DNA of 62,263 bases, filler included, from 3 parts of 3 records of this genome joined end to end with filler, not necessarily neighbours in it, one strand, 5' to 3'; positions 47,269-60,214 are shown, numbered from the whole stretch's first letter. Notes: a model not told the origin generated them from the letters alone. A program made the numbers and translations.

Positions 47269-48785
47269 GCGCCCACCGCCTGCAACAGGGCGCTGCGCTG
47301 GCGCGAGAAGCCGCGGTAGGTCTCGCGGACCTCCTGGTAAAGCCCGAACCAGTCGTCGTATTCGGCGACGGCCTTGGGGTCGGGCTCGTAGCGTTCGGGA
47401 TAGGTGACCGTCGCCTGCGCGCTGTCGAGATCGGGCCAGAGCCCGGAGGCCACGCCCGCCAGAAGCGCCACGCCATAGGCGCCGGACTGGTCCTGCGCGC
47501 AGGTCTCGACCGGCAACCCACAGACATCCGCGAAGATCTGCGCCCAGAAGGCGCTGCGCGCGCCGCCGCCGGTCAGGGTCAGGCGCTCGCGCTGGCCTTC
47601 CATCGCCGCGAAACAGTCTCGGGTCGAGAAGGCCAGCGCTTCGTAGGTGGCGCGCATTAGCTGGTCGCGACCCGTCTGCCGCGTCATGCCGAAGAAGGCA
47701 CCCCGCGCGCGCGGATCGTAGAACGGCGCCAGCACCCCGGCGGTGTTGACGTAGGGCAGCAGGATCACGCCCCCCGACCCACGCGGCAGAGCGGTCATGC
47801 GGCGCTCCATCTCGGCGAAGTCCCATGCGCCGTCCGTCTTCGGCCCGCCAAAGCGGTCGAGGAACCAGTCGAGCGTGATGGTCCCCGAAGTGTTGGGTAG
47901 GATGCGCAGGTAGCGTCCCTGCGGCATGGCGAAGAGGAAGCCCAACCCTTCGGGGGCGGAGGCCGGTCCATCCAGCACCTGCGCATTCAGGCAGGAGGTG
48001 CCCAGAACCGTCACCGCCTCGCCCACGCCCGACCGGCCCACGCCGATCACGTTGGCCACCGCATCGCCCAGCCCCGTGACGACCGGCGTGCCGGGTTTCA
48101 GGCCGGTGGCTTCGGCGGCCTCAGCCGTGACCTCTCCGGCGACCGCCTCTGACGGCAGGACCGTTGGCATCCGGTCGGACCATGCGCCCGCGCCCAGCAT
48201 CTCTGCCAGCGGCGCGGAATGGGTCTGCGCGCGGATGTCGCCGGGCACGAATGAGACGTCGGAGGGGTCGGTCGCCAAGGCGCCGGTCAGGCGGTAGCGC
48301 AGGTAATCCTTGGCCGAGAGCACGACGGCGGCGTCTCGGGTCACCTGCGGCTCGTGTTTGGACAGCCACGCCAGCAGCAAGAGCGTGATCCCCGGCATCA
48401 AGCCGTTGCCCGAGATCGTAAAGGCCTCTTCCAACACGCCCTGCCCTTCGAGGTCGGCAAGCAGTGAGGCCGCGCGTTCATCCGGCCAGCAAATCGCATT
48501 GCGCAGCGGACGGCCTTCAGCATCCAGCACCCATGCTCCGCCCATGTGCCCCGCGATGCCCACGCCCTGCACCTGCGCACCATCGATAACTGCCGCGTTC
48601 AGCGCGCCCCGGATCGTCTCGGCGCAGGCCTGCCAGCTGGCCTCGGGGTCTTCCTCGTGCCAGCCGGGGCGCGGCGACAGGACCTCGACCCGCCGCTCGG
48701 CGCTGCCGCAGGCGCGGCCCGTGGCGTCGAAGACCACCGATTTGACCATCGAGGTGCCCTTGTCGATGCCCAGAACGTAACCCAT
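47265..48785 (-). CDS. FGGY family carbohydrate kinase
   Basis: LGIDKGTSMVK, GLGD, LGTS, LTGGGARS.FW.QI.AD. Confidence 0.92.
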   Translation of the reverse strand: MGYVLGIDKGTSMVKSVVFDATGRACGSAERRVEVLSPRPGWHEEDPEASWQACAETIRGALNAAVIDGAQVQGVGIAGHMGGAWVLDAEGRPLRNAICWPDERAASLLADLEGQGVLEEAFTISGNGLMPGITLLLLAWLSKHEPQVTRDAAVVLSAKDYLRYRLTGALATDPSDVSFVPGDIRAQTHSAPLAEMLGAGAWSDRMPTVLPSEAVAGEVTAEAAEATGLKPGTPVVTGLGDAVANVIGVGRSGVGEAVTVLGTSCLNAQVLDGPASAPEGLGFLFAMPQGRYLRILPNTSGTITLDWFLDRFGGPKTDGAWDFAEMERRMTALPRGSGGVILLPYVNTAGVLAPFYDPRARGAFFGMTRQTGRDQLMRATYEALAFSTRDCFAAMEGQRERLTLTGGGARSAFWAQIFADVCGLPVETCAQDQSGAYGVALLAGVASGLWPDLDSAQATVTYPERYEPDPKAVAEYDDWFGLYQEVRETYRGFSRQRSALLQAVGA

Positions 48786-48788
48786 TGA

Positions 48789-49512
48789 TCAGCCCGCCAC
48801 CGCGCTGGTCGGCAGGGCGCTGCCGTGTTCGGCAAAATGCTGCGTCGCTTCGCTGGCGGGGTCGAAGGCATAGAGCGCCTCGGGCGGCACCACGACGCTG
48901 ACCGGCTCATCGATCTGCCAGTCGCGGGCGTGCGGCCCCAGCGCCTGCAGGGTCGTGCCGCCGCACTGGATCGTCACCAGCGTCTCGTCCCCCAAGGGTT
49001 CCGCGATGTAGACCTTGCCCGGCACCACCAGAGCACCGTCCCGCGCGTTGGCCCCGTTGCGCAGCACCTGGACCGCGCCCGGGCGGCAGCCCAGCAGCAC
49101 GCGCCCGTCGGCCCCGGCAAAGCGCGCGGCCATGGCGGGCAGACGGGCCGCCTGTCCGTTCAACGTGGCCGCGCCGCCGTCGAAGCCCTCCATCGCAAAC
49201 AGGTTCATCGAATGCAGCCCGAAGAACTGCGCGACGAAAGCGTTGACGGGCCGGTTGTGGATGTCGTCCGGCGTGCCGATCTGCTGCAAGACCCCGTCGC
49301 GCATCACCGCGATGCGGTCGGTCATGGTCATGGCCTCGACCGGATCATGCGTCACGATCACCGAGGTGGTTCCCAAGGAGCGTTGCAGGCGCTTCAGCTC
49401 GCCCCGCAGCCGCGCACGCAACAGCGTATCCAGATGCGCGATCGGCTCGTCGAGGCACAGAAGGTTTGGCCTGCGCACCAACGCGCGGGCGATGGCGACG
49501 CGCTGCTGCTGG
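48789..49512 (-). CDS. Sugar ABC ATPase (MalK-like), 5' truncated by the gap
   Basis: [28 protein letters not shown]-like EPLGDE. Confidence 0.88.
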
Positions 49513-49612
49513 NNNNNNNNNNNNNNNNNNNNNNNNNNNNNNNNNNNNNNNNNNNNTTAATTAATTAANNNNNNNNNNNNNNNNNNNNNNNNNNNNNNNN
49601 NNNNNNNNNNNN
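49513..49612. other. Artificial contig linker / assembly gap
   Basis: N44-TTAATTAATTAA-N44. Confidence 0.97.
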
Positions 49613-49671
49613 CGGATTCAAAATCCGTTGGGGTAAAACCCGTGGCGGTTCGAGTCCGCCCGCCGCTACCA
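49613..49671 (+). tRNA. tRNA-Leu(CAA), partial (5' part missing at contig start)
   Basis: Anticodon arm CGGAT-TCAAA-ATCCG, long variable arm, GGTTCGAGTCC, CCA end. Confidence 0.85.
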
Positions 49672-49712
49672 CTTATAGGCCGCAACCTGCGGCATCGTGA
49701 ATAGCCCGGCCC

Positions 49713-51949
<2,237 letters not shown>

Positions 51950-51990
51950 ACAAATTTTGCTTTAAATCTGTCAATAAACGGAGAACCTGA

Positions 51991-52353
51991 ATGAAATCAG
52001 TCAAATTGCTCATCGCTGGCTTGCTGTCTCTGATGCCTGCTCTGGCCTCGGCTCAGGAAGCGGGTGCCCAGGGAATGAGCGTGATGGGTCAGATCATCTT
52101 TTTCGCCGGCTTCATCCTGATTTTCTATTTCCTGATCTGGCGTCCGCAGTCCAAGCGTGCAAAAGAGCATAAGGCCCTGATGTCCGGCCTTAACAAAGGT
52201 GATGAAGTGGTTACCTCTGGTGGCGTCGCTGGCAAGATTACCAAAGTAACCGACGACTTCATTGTTCTGGAAGTAGCAGATAACGTTGAAATGAAGGTTC
52301 AGAAAGTTGCCGTTGCTGCGGCTCTGCCGAAAGGCACTCTCAAGGACATCTGA
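51991..52353 (+). CDS. yajC: Preprotein translocase subunit YajC
   Basis: FYFLIWRPQSKR, KGDEVVTSGG, LPKGT; synteny. Confidence 0.97.
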   Translation: MKSVKLLIAGLLSLMPALASAQEAGAQGMSVMGQIIFFAGFILIFYFLIWRPQSKRAKEHKALMSGLNKGDEVVTSGGVAGKITKVTDDFIVLEVADNVEMKVQKVAVAAALPKGTLKDI

Positions 52354-52445
52354 GCTGGTTTCCAGGCGCATCCAAGATGCGCCTGTTCATTTTCTGACTG
52401 GCTGAAACACCAAGACCGGCACTTCTGCCGGCTCGAAGGATTCTC

Positions 52446-54320
52446 ATGCTGAACAAGTATCCTCTCTGGAAAAACCTGGTCATCGTGTTTGCACTGGTGA
52501 TTGGTTTTATCTACGCCTTACCGAACTTTTTCCCTGACGATTACGCTATCCAGATCACCGGCGCCCGTGGCAGCACCGAAGTTGAGCAGCGAGTGCTTGA
52601 TCGCGCCCTTGCCAAGCTTGAGCAGGAAGGTATCGAAGTAAAATCAAGCCTGTTGGAAGAGCGTGACGCGCTGATCCGCCTCACGAGCTCCGATGACCAG
52701 CTGCGGGCACGCCCCGCTGTTCAGGCGGCTCTTGGCAACGAATACCTGGTGGCCCTGAATATGGCGCCGTCAACGCCGGGCTGGCTGCGTAGCCTTGGAG
52801 CAGGCCCAATGAAACTGGGGCTGGATTTACGTGGTGGTGTTCACTTCCTGTTGGAGGTGGATATGGAAACGGCTTTGAATCAGCGTCTGGAAGCGTTGTC
52901 TGGTCAGATCAAGCGAGAGCTGAGGGAAGAGCGCATCCGCTACCGCGGTGGCGACATTGAGGATCAGGCCCGCATTGTACTGAGCTTCCGTGACGAAGCT
53001 GCACGTAGCGAGGCGTTTGAGCTGGTTCGCGATCAGTACAACGAGTTCCTGTTGGATGAGACAACAGAAGGTGAAGAGTTTCTGCTGACGCTGACACTGT
53101 CCGAAGCAGAAGTTCGGAACATCCAGGAATACGCTCTTGAACAGAACCTGACCACCATCCGCAACCGGGTGAATGAACTGGGCGTGGCCGAGCCGCTGGT
53201 TCAGCGTCAGGGGGCAGACCGCATTATTGTAGAGCTGCCAGGTGTGCAGGATACCGCTCAGGCCAAGCGTGTACTTGGCGCGACGGCTAACCTGGAATTC
53301 CGGATGGAAGCTCGGCAGGATGCGCCGTCCGCCGAGACCGAACAGTTTCCTTTCCGGGACAATCCACAGCGTACCGCTCGTCTTGAGCGGGATGTGATTG
53401 CCACTGGTAACAACGTTGCCAATGCCCAGCAGGCGTTCGATGAGAATGGCCAGCCGCAGGTCAATATCACCATGGACTCCGTTGGTGGTGACCTGATGAA
53501 TCGGGCGACACGCAATAGCATCGGCCGCCGTATGGCAGTGTTGTTCATTGAATACCGCACCGAAACCGAGACCCGGGAAGTTAACGGAGAAATCGTTGAA
53601 ACTGAAAACCGGGTCGTGGAAAAAGGCATTATCAGCCTGGCGACAGTGCAGTCAGCGCTGGGGAGCAGTTTCCGGATTACTGGTCTGGATTCCATCCCCG
53701 AAGCGGCTGAGCTCGCACTGCTGCTGAGGGCCGGTGCTCTGGCTGCGCCCATGTACTTTGTGCAGGAGCGCACCATCGGGCCAAGCCTGGGGCAGAAGAA
53801 TATCGATGCCGGGATGATGTCGGTGATGCTCGGCTTCGGGCTGGTGTTGCTTTACATGCTGGTGTTCTACCGCGGCTTCGGATTGGTGGCCAATGTTGCG
53901 CTGACGCTTAACCTGATGTTGCTGGTTGCATGCATGTCAATCCTATCTGCCACGCTGACGTTGCCGGGTATCGCGGGTATCGTTCTTACGGTGGGTATGG
54001 CCGTTGATGCGAACGTTCTGATTTTTGAGCGTATCAAGGAAGAGCTGAAGGCGGGGGTGCCGCCACAAAGCGCCATTAATGCCGGTTATGGTCGCGCCTT
54101 CGTGTCGATTTTCGATGCCAATATCACAACCCTTCTGGTTGCCGTCATTCTGTTTGCCATGGGCTCCGGACCGGTGAAGGGCTTCGCAGTTACCCTGTGT
54201 ATCGGTATTCTCACTTCCATGTTCTCGGGCCTGATGGTGAGCCGCGGCATAGTGAATCTGGTTTATGGCGGTCGCAGGGTCGAGAAATTGTCCATCGGGG
54301 GGAAGCTTGAAAATGCCTGA
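52446..54320 (+). CDS. secD: Protein translocase subunit SecD
   Basis: LGLDLRGGVHF, RVNELGVAEP, GMAVDANVLIFERI. Confidence 0.98.
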   Translation: MLNKYPLWKNLVIVFALVIGFIYALPNFFPDDYAIQITGARGSTEVEQRVLDRALAKLEQEGIEVKSSLLEERDALIRLTSSDDQLRARPAVQAALGNEYLVALNMAPSTPGWLRSLGAGPMKLGLDLRGGVHFLLEVDMETALNQRLEALSGQIKRELREERIRYRGGDIEDQARIVLSFRDEAARSEAFELVRDQYNEFLLDETTEGEEFLLTLTLSEAEVRNIQEYALEQNLTTIRNRVNELGVAEPLVQRQGADRIIVELPGVQDTAQAKRVLGATANLEFRMEARQDAPSAETEQFPFRDNPQRTARLERDVIATGNNVANAQQAFDENGQPQVNITMDSVGGDLMNRATRNSIGRRMAVLFIEYRTETETREVNGEIVETENRVVEKGIISLATVQSALGSSFRITGLDSIPEAAELALLLRAGALAAPMYFVQERTIGPSLGQKNIDAGMMSVMLGFGLVLLYMLVFYRGFGLVANVALTLNLMLLVACMSILSATLTLPGIAGIVLTVGMAVDANVLIFERIKEELKAGVPPQSAINAGYGRAFVSIFDANITTLLVAVILFAMGSGPVKGFAVTLCIGILTSMFSGLMVSRGIVNLVYGGRRVEKLSIGGKLENA

Positions 54321-55263
54321 TATGGAAAAGCAGCCGTTTGATTTCATGGGCTTGCGGAAGATAGCTTCCGTACTTTCTATTGTTTTGGTGGTGGCCTCCA
54401 TTGCGCTGTTGGGGGTGCGTGGCCTGAATCTGGGTATGGACTTTACCGGGGGAACCTCGGTGGAGCTCGAATACGCTGAAGCTCCTAGCCTGGACGGAAT
54501 CAGAAACACCCTTACCGAGGCGGGGTACGAGCAGTTTGCGGTTCAGAATTTCGGAGCCGATACTACGGTACTGATCCGGATGGCAGAGGCCGGGAATGAC
54601 GAACTGGCGCTGGAAGTGGCCGGCGTGCTGGCGGCGGACGGAGCTGACCTTGAGTTGGTCAGCTCTGAATTTGTCGGTTCTCAGGTGGGCGAAGAGCTCA
54701 AAGAAGACAGTGGGCTGGGGCTGCTGATCGCCCTCGCGGTGGTACTGATCTACGTGGGTATGCGCTTCCAGTTCAAGTTTGGTATCGCCTCGGTGATTCC
54801 TCTGGCGCACGACGTCATCATTGTACTGGGGGTGTTCGCGCTGTTTCAGTGGACCTTCGACCTGACGGTGCTGGCGGCGTTGCTGGCGGTTATCGGGTAT
54901 TCCCTGAACGATACCATCGTTGTTGCTGACCGGATTCGGGAGAATTTCAGAAAAATGCGCGTAGGTGAGGCCTGGGACATTATCAACCAGTCGATCCACG
55001 AGACCATTACCCGAACCATTAATACTTCTGGTACCACGCTGGTTGTATTGTTGGCGCTGTATTTCCTGGGTGGCGAAGCGATCAATAACTTTGCGCTTGC
55101 CCTGATTATCGGTGTCGTTGTCGGTACCTATTCGTCCATCTACGTGTCCGCGAATATGTTGATGGTGATGGGCGTGACCCGCGAAGATCTGATGGTTCCC
55201 GCGAAAGAGGGTGCCGGTGAGGAAGAGGAGGAGCAGCCGCCGGAGTGGTTAAACCGGATGTAA
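54313..55263 (+). CDS. secF: Protein translocase subunit SecF
   Basis: GMDFTGG, GYSLNDTIVV.DRIRE, GTYSSIY. Confidence 0.97.
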   Translation: MPDMEKQPFDFMGLRKIASVLSIVLVVASIALLGVRGLNLGMDFTGGTSVELEYAEAPSLDGIRNTLTEAGYEQFAVQNFGADTTVLIRMAEAGNDELALEVAGVLAADGADLELVSSEFVGSQVGEELKEDSGLGLLIALAVVLIYVGMRFQFKFGIASVIPLAHDVIIVLGVFALFQWTFDLTVLAALLAVIGYSLNDTIVVADRIRENFRKMRVGEAWDIINQSIHETITRTINTSGTTLVVLLALYFLGGEAINNFALALIIGVVVGTYSSIYVSANMLMVMGVTREDLMVPAKEGAGEEEEEQPPEWLNRM

Positions 55264-55280
55264 GCTCCGGGTCTTTTCCA

Positions 55281-55328
55281 GGCCACAAAAAAACCGCCAT
55301 CCGTGAGGAGTGGCGGTTTTTTGTGGCC
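55281..55328. terminator. Bidirectional rho-independent terminator
   Basis: GGCCACAAAAAAACCGCCA...TGGCGGTTTTTTGTGGCC between convergent secF and suhB. Confidence 0.9.
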
Positions 55329-55337
55329 CTGTCTTTC

Positions 55338-56150
55338 TTAACGCGGCAGTCGACCCCGGAAGGGGTGCAGCGTTTTGAGCAGTTCCCGGAACAGCTTTGG
55401 ATTGGCGACGACCAGTTGTCTGGCGGCTCCAACCGCGGGGTTGCCGGAGAAATCACCGGTCAGGGCGCCGGACTCCATGGCCAGTGTTACGCCCAGATCA
55501 AAATCTGCTGCCTGTGGTCGGAAGATCACGGCCGCATCCAGCAGGCCAGCAGACACTCGCGCGATATCGAGTGTCACGCAGCCCGAGGTGCGGAACATGG
55601 CGGTGTCGCGAGCCAGGACGGCTGCCATCTCGCCCCAGATCATGGGGTCATCGCCCTGGCGGGCTTGGTCGAGGAGGTTGGTGGCCAGTGCTGCCTTGGC
55701 GGGCACTTTTACTTCGGACGTGCGCACGCGGCGGCTGTTCAGGACAGCGCCGTGGCCTCGGCTGGCAGAGTACTCTTCGCCGGTAATCGGGTTAACCAGC
55801 AGCAGGTTTTCGGTGCGGTTGTTCTTTTTCTGGGCCAGGGCAAGAACAAATTCGGGAATGCCTCGCACAAAATTGTCGCGGCCGAGAACCGGGAATATGT
55901 GCCAGCTTTTATCGTGGTTGCCGGCGTCGGACTCGCCCAGAGGCGCGATCACATGATCCTTGTAGGCCTTTTCCAGTTGTTCGGTGAAGTTGTCGTAAAT
56001 GGACTGCTCCACTCGCTCCAGTTGCCGGTGGCGTTCGGACTCATCCTTACCGTTAGGCTCCTGGCGCTCGAAATGGGCTTTCAGGTAGTCAGATCCCTGG
56101 CGGGCAACGCGCAGGGCCATTTTAATTGCTGGTTGCATCTGAGTGTTCAT
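55338..56150 (-). CDS. suhB: Inositol monophosphatase family protein SuhB (catalytic motifs degenerate)
   Basis: Divergent from trmJ as in the conserved locus; NPITGEEYSASRGHGAVLN, RTSGC..LD.A.V..G..D. Confidence 0.85.
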   Translation of the reverse strand: MNTQMQPAIKMALRVARQGSDYLKAHFERQEPNGKDESERHRQLERVEQSIYDNFTEQLEKAYKDHVIAPLGESDAGNHDKSWHIFPVLGRDNFVRGIPEFVLALAQKKNNRTENLLLVNPITGEEYSASRGHGAVLNSRRVRTSEVKVPAKAALATNLLDQARQGDDPMIWGEMAAVLARDTAMFRTSGCVTLDIARVSAGLLDAAVIFRPQAADFDLGVTLAMESGALTGDFSGNPAVGAARQLVVANPKLFRELLKTLHPFRGRLPR

Positions 56151-56323
56151 TATCCGGGTGTGTGAAGGCCGGCCATGATAGCAAAAACTGCCCCGCCTTG
56201 TACGTTTTTTGGCTTAGCAAAAGCACGGATACCACGGGGTTGCGGCATTTCCGGAGAGCAGGTTGGCCGGTAATTCTGGTATCATGCCGCTCTTTTATCA
56301 CTTTTCTTGAAGTAACAGGCCCG

Positions 56324-57187
56324 ATGACCATGAACAAGCCCGCGCTGCCGGTGGAAAGCACTGATACCTACCATGATCAGGTTCGCATCGTCCTGGTGGA
56401 AACTACCCACTCGGGCAATATTGGCGCCGTCGCCCGCGCCATGAAAAACATGGGGCTTGGAAATCTATGGCTGGTTAACCCAAAGTCGTTTCCGGACGAA
56501 GCCTCTTATGCCCGGGCTTCATCGGCGTCGGATGTGCTGGATCGGGCTCAGGTGGTTTCCAGTCTTGACGAGGCGTTGTCAGACTGTGTCCTGGTGATGG
56601 GTACCAGCGCACGCGGGCGGAAGGTTCCCTGGCCCGTTATTTCCCCGCCCCAGGCTGCCGTCACCGCGGCGGAAAACAGTGCTCGTGGTCCTGTCGCCCT
56701 GGTGTTTGGGCGTGAGAGCAATGGGTTGTCCAATGAAGAGCTTCAGCGCTGCCATTATCACATCCATATCCCCTCGAACCCGGACTACAGCTCACTGAAT
56801 CTGGCAATGGCGGTGCAGGTGGTTTGTTATGAGTTGCGGATGCATTACCTTCGTAGGCTTGAAGAGGTGGAAAGCAGTCCCTACCTTGAGTCCATGGTCG
56901 AACCCGGGGACCGCGGATGGGATGTGCCGCCCGCAACGGTGAATGATGTTGAAGGATTTTTCGGTCATCTCGAGCAGGTATTGCAGGATGTGGATTTTCA
57001 TCGCCGGGAGAATCCCAGGCAGTTGATGACACGGTTGCGCCGGTTGTTTCAGCGGGCAAAGCTGGACCAGATGGAAATCAATATTCTCCGGGGTATTCTG
57101 ACATCGGTTCAGAAGGCCACCGTTGCCCGCGAAGGGGTTGGCAGGAACACGACAGCGGCTGGTGCCGTGGATGAGGGGCAGGAATAA
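56324..57187 (+). CDS. trmJ: tRNA (cytidine/uridine-2'-O)-methyltransferase
   Basis: [46 protein letters not shown]. Confidence 0.95.
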   Translation: MTMNKPALPVESTDTYHDQVRIVLVETTHSGNIGAVARAMKNMGLGNLWLVNPKSFPDEASYARASSASDVLDRAQVVSSLDEALSDCVLVMGTSARGRKVPWPVISPPQAAVTAAENSARGPVALVFGRESNGLSNEELQRCHYHIHIPSNPDYSSLNLAMAVQVVCYELRMHYLRRLEEVESSPYLESMVEPGDRGWDVPPATVNDVEGFFGHLEQVLQDVDFHRRENPRQLMTRLRRLFQRAKLDQMEINILRGILTSVQKATVAREGVGRNTTAAGAVDEGQE

Positions 57188-57191
57188 CGTC

Positions 57192-57971
57192 ATGTTTGAG
57201 CGTTTACGGGAAGATGTAAAAAGCGTATTTCACCGGGATCCGGCGGCGAGGAACACCTTTGAGGTGTTGACCAACTACCCGGGATTGCACGCGCTGTTGT
57301 TTCATCGCTTCTCCCACTGGCTGTGGAGCATGGGGCTGAAGTGGCTGGCGCGGACGATTTCTACGCTGGCGAGATGGTTTACCGGTATCGAGATTCATCC
57401 TGGCGCAACCATTGGTCGCCGCTTCTTTATTGATCATGGCATGGGTGTGGTGATTGGTGAAACCACGGTGATTGGAGACGATGTCACGCTCTACCAGGGT
57501 GTGACGCTTGGCGGCACCAGCTGGAACAAGGGCAAGCGGCATCCAACGATCGGTAATGGTGTGGTAGTGGGTGCCGGCGCAAAGATTCTCGGGCCATTTG
57601 AGGTGGGTGAGGGTGCGAAGATCGGCTCCAACTCTGTGGTGACCAAGGCGGTTCCGCCTGGGGCAACCGTGGTAGGCATACCGGGCAGGGTCATCGTCAA
57701 ACGCAAAGGTGAAGACGACGTGCGCCGCAAGGAGATGGAGGAGCGTATGGGCTTCGACGCCTACGGCGTAACCGAGGAAATGCCGGACCCGGTCGCTAGA
57801 TCGGTCAGGGCATTGCTGGACCACATGCATGCGGTGGATGATCGGATTGAGAATATGTGCAAGGCGCTTCGCAAGGTGAACGCCGAGTATCAGAATGGCG
57901 AGCTGCCTCCCTTGCATGATGAGGATTTCGACTGCGTTCGCGATGAGTCTGATGAGCGGGAGCGTGGCTGA
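57192..57971 (+). CDS. cysE: Serine O-acetyltransferase
   Basis: [32 protein letters not shown]. Confidence 0.97.
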   Translation: MFERLREDVKSVFHRDPAARNTFEVLTNYPGLHALLFHRFSHWLWSMGLKWLARTISTLARWFTGIEIHPGATIGRRFFIDHGMGVVIGETTVIGDDVTLYQGVTLGGTSWNKGKRHPTIGNGVVVGAGAKILGPFEVGEGAKIGSNSVVTKAVPPGATVVGIPGRVIVKRKGEDDVRRKEMEERMGFDAYGVTEEMPDPVARSVRALLDHMHAVDDRIENMCKALRKVNAEYQNGELPPLHDEDFDCVRDESDERERG

Positions 57972-57998
57972 ATACTTGACTGTTTTAGTTGGTCAATT
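57972..57998. promoter_or_regulatory. IscR type-1-like binding site / iscR promoter
   Basis: ATACTTGACTGTTTTAGTTGGTCAAT upstream of iscR resembles the ATA..TGACT..W-rich..AGT motif. Confidence 0.65.
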
Positions 57999-58049
57999 CA
58001 TACTCGCTCCAGTGAATCGAGATTCAATCCCATCATTGGGGCTGAGGTT

Positions 58050-58547
58050 ATGAAACTGACCACGAAAGGCCGCTATGCCGTTACGGCAATGCTGGATCTT
58101 GCGCTGCATGCAGGGCAGGGGCCGGTGAGTCTGGCGGATATTTCAGCCCGACAGGAAATTTCCCTTTCTTACCTGGAGCAGCTGTTCTCTCGACTGCGCA
58201 GGCAGAAATTGGTGGTAAGTGTGCGTGGCCCCGGTGGCGGTTATCGCCTGAGCCGCTCCGCAGATGAGGTTTTCGTGGCCGAAGTGGTCGACGCTGTGAG
58301 TGAGTCCCTTGATACTACGCGTTGCGGTAACAAAGGTGACTGCCAGAACGGCGAGAAATGCCTTACCCACCATCTCTGGTCTGATCTCAGTGACCAGATT
58401 CATCAATTCCTGAGTGAAATCAGTCTCGGGGATCTGATGCGCAAACACGAAATCCGGCAAGTGGCTGATCGTCAGAACCGCAAGCAGTCTGATGAAAGTG
58501 CCGACGCTATCAATACCCAAAGACTGACTGACCAGGCCACGGCCTGA
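58050..58547 (+). CDS. iscR: Fe-S cluster assembly regulator IscR
   Basis: [28 protein letters not shown], three Cys plus CLTH. Confidence 0.97.
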   Translation: MKLTTKGRYAVTAMLDLALHAGQGPVSLADISARQEISLSYLEQLFSRLRRQKLVVSVRGPGGGYRLSRSADEVFVAEVVDAVSESLDTTRCGNKGDCQNGEKCLTHHLWSDLSDQIHQFLSEISLGDLMRKHEIRQVADRQNRKQSDESADAINTQRLTDQATA

Positions 58548-58567
58548 TAACCCGACCTCTTTTGCCT

Positions 58568-59716
58568 ATGAAAAAGCCCGTCTATCTGGACTATGCGGCG
58601 ACGACGCCCGTTGATCCCGCCGTTGCTGAAGACATGATGAAGTACCTGACCCTGGATGGGGTGTTTGGCAATCCGGCTTCCCGTTCTCATGGTTATGGCT
58701 GGCAGGCCGAAGCCGCCGTTGAAAATGCTCGTCGACAGGTGGCGGATCTGATCCACGCAGACCCCCGGGAGATTGTCTGGACTTCCGGAGCCACGGAATC
58801 TGACAATCTTGCCATCAAGGGTGTGGCGGAGCTACGCGATAATCCCCATATCGTGACATCCCGCATTGAGCACAAGGCTGTCATTGATACCTGTAAGTGG
58901 CTGGAGCAGCAGGGCATTGAGGTTACCTGGCTGGAGCCGGGAGTTGATGGCAGGGTGTCCGTTGAGGCTGTCGAATCCGCCCTTCGGGATAATACGGCCC
59001 TGGTCAGCCTGATGATGGTCAACAATGAGCTTGGGTCGCTGACCGACATCCGCGCAATCGGCCGGTGCTTGAGAAAGCGTGGCGTGCTGTTTCATGTTGA
59101 TGCCGCCCAGGCCGCCGGCAAGCTGCCAGTGGATGTTGCGGATCTTGAGGTGGATTTGCTCTCTCTTTCGGCTCACAAGGTTTATGGCCCGAAAGGCGTA
59201 GGGGCGCTGTATGTCCGGCGAGCGCCGGAGGTTCGCATTGCAGCACAGATGCATGGCGGCGGACATGAGCGCGGCATGCGATCGGGCACACTGGCGACGC
59301 ATCAGATCGTGGGCATGGGGCGGGCCTTCGAGCTGGCACGTACCGGGCTTGATGCCGAAATAAGTAAACTGGAACAGATGCGCGCGGCGTTCCTGGGCAG
59401 GCTTGAGGGGCTTGACGGAGTTCACTTTAATGGCAGTCGGGAACATCGTGTGCCGGGTATTGTCAATCTGTCGTTTGAGGGTGTTGAAGCCGAGTCGTTG
59501 ATGCTCGGCCTTCGCAACCTTGCGGTGTCCTCGGGCTCCGCCTGCGCTTCAGCAACGGTCGAGCCTTCTTATGTATTGCGAGGAATAGGCGTCAGCGATG
59601 AGCTGGCTCACCGGGCGCTCAGGTTCTCCTTTGGCAGGTTCACCACCGAAGAGGAGGTTGCATTTGCCTGTTCCCAGATTATTGAAGTTGTGGAGCGACT
59701 TCGCTCGGTGCGGTAG
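58568..59716 (+). CDS. iscS: Cysteine desulfurase
   Basis: [33 protein letters not shown]. Confidence 0.95.
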   Translation: MKKPVYLDYAATTPVDPAVAEDMMKYLTLDGVFGNPASRSHGYGWQAEAAVENARRQVADLIHADPREIVWTSGATESDNLAIKGVAELRDNPHIVTSRIEHKAVIDTCKWLEQQGIEVTWLEPGVDGRVSVEAVESALRDNTALVSLMMVNNELGSLTDIRAIGRCLRKRGVLFHVDAAQAAGKLPVDVADLEVDLLSLSAHKVYGPKGVGALYVRRAPEVRIAAQMHGGGHERGMRSGTLATHQIVGMGRAFELARTGLDAEISKLEQMRAAFLGRLEGLDGVHFNGSREHRVPGIVNLSFEGVEAESLMLGLRNLAVSSGSACASATVEPSYVLRGIGVSDELAHRALRFSFGRFTTEEEVAFACSQIIEVVERLRSVR

Positions 59717-59785
59717 GCAGTTGCACCCTGACTGCGTATAATCCCACCTCTGAATTTTCAACCCTGAACTAACTGGAGAAATACC

Positions 59786-60214
59786 ATGGCAAACGAGCGC
59801 ACGCTCTCCATTATCAAGCCCGACGCAGTCGCCAAGAACGTGATCGGCGAAATCTACAGCCGTTTCGAGAAGGCGGATCTGAAAATCGTTGCTGCCAAGA
59901 TGATGCACCTTACTCAGGAGCAGGCTGAGGGCTTTTACGCCGAGCACAAAGAGCGCCCGTTCTTTAATGATCTGGTTGCATTCATGACCTCTGGCCCGGT
60001 TGTGGTTCAGGTGCTGGAAGGCGAGGGCGCTATCCTGAAGAATCGTGAGCTGATGGGTGCTACCAACCCTAAAGAAGCGGAAGCTGGCACCATTCGTGCG
60101 GATTTTGCTTCCTCCATCGACGCCAACGCTGTCCATGGTTCTGACTCTGCTGCCTCCGCTGAGCGTGAAGTGGCTTATTTCTTCAACGACAACGAAATCT
60201 GCCCGCGCGGCTGA
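59786..60214 (+). CDS. ndk: Nucleoside diphosphate kinase
   Basis: [20 protein letters not shown]. Confidence 0.98.
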   Translation: MANERTLSIIKPDAVAKNVIGEIYSRFEKADLKIVAAKMMHLTQEQAEGFYAEHKERPFFNDLVAFMTSGPVVVQVLEGEGAILKNRELMGATNPKEAEAGTIRADFASSIDANAVHGSDSAASAEREVAYFFNDNEICPRG

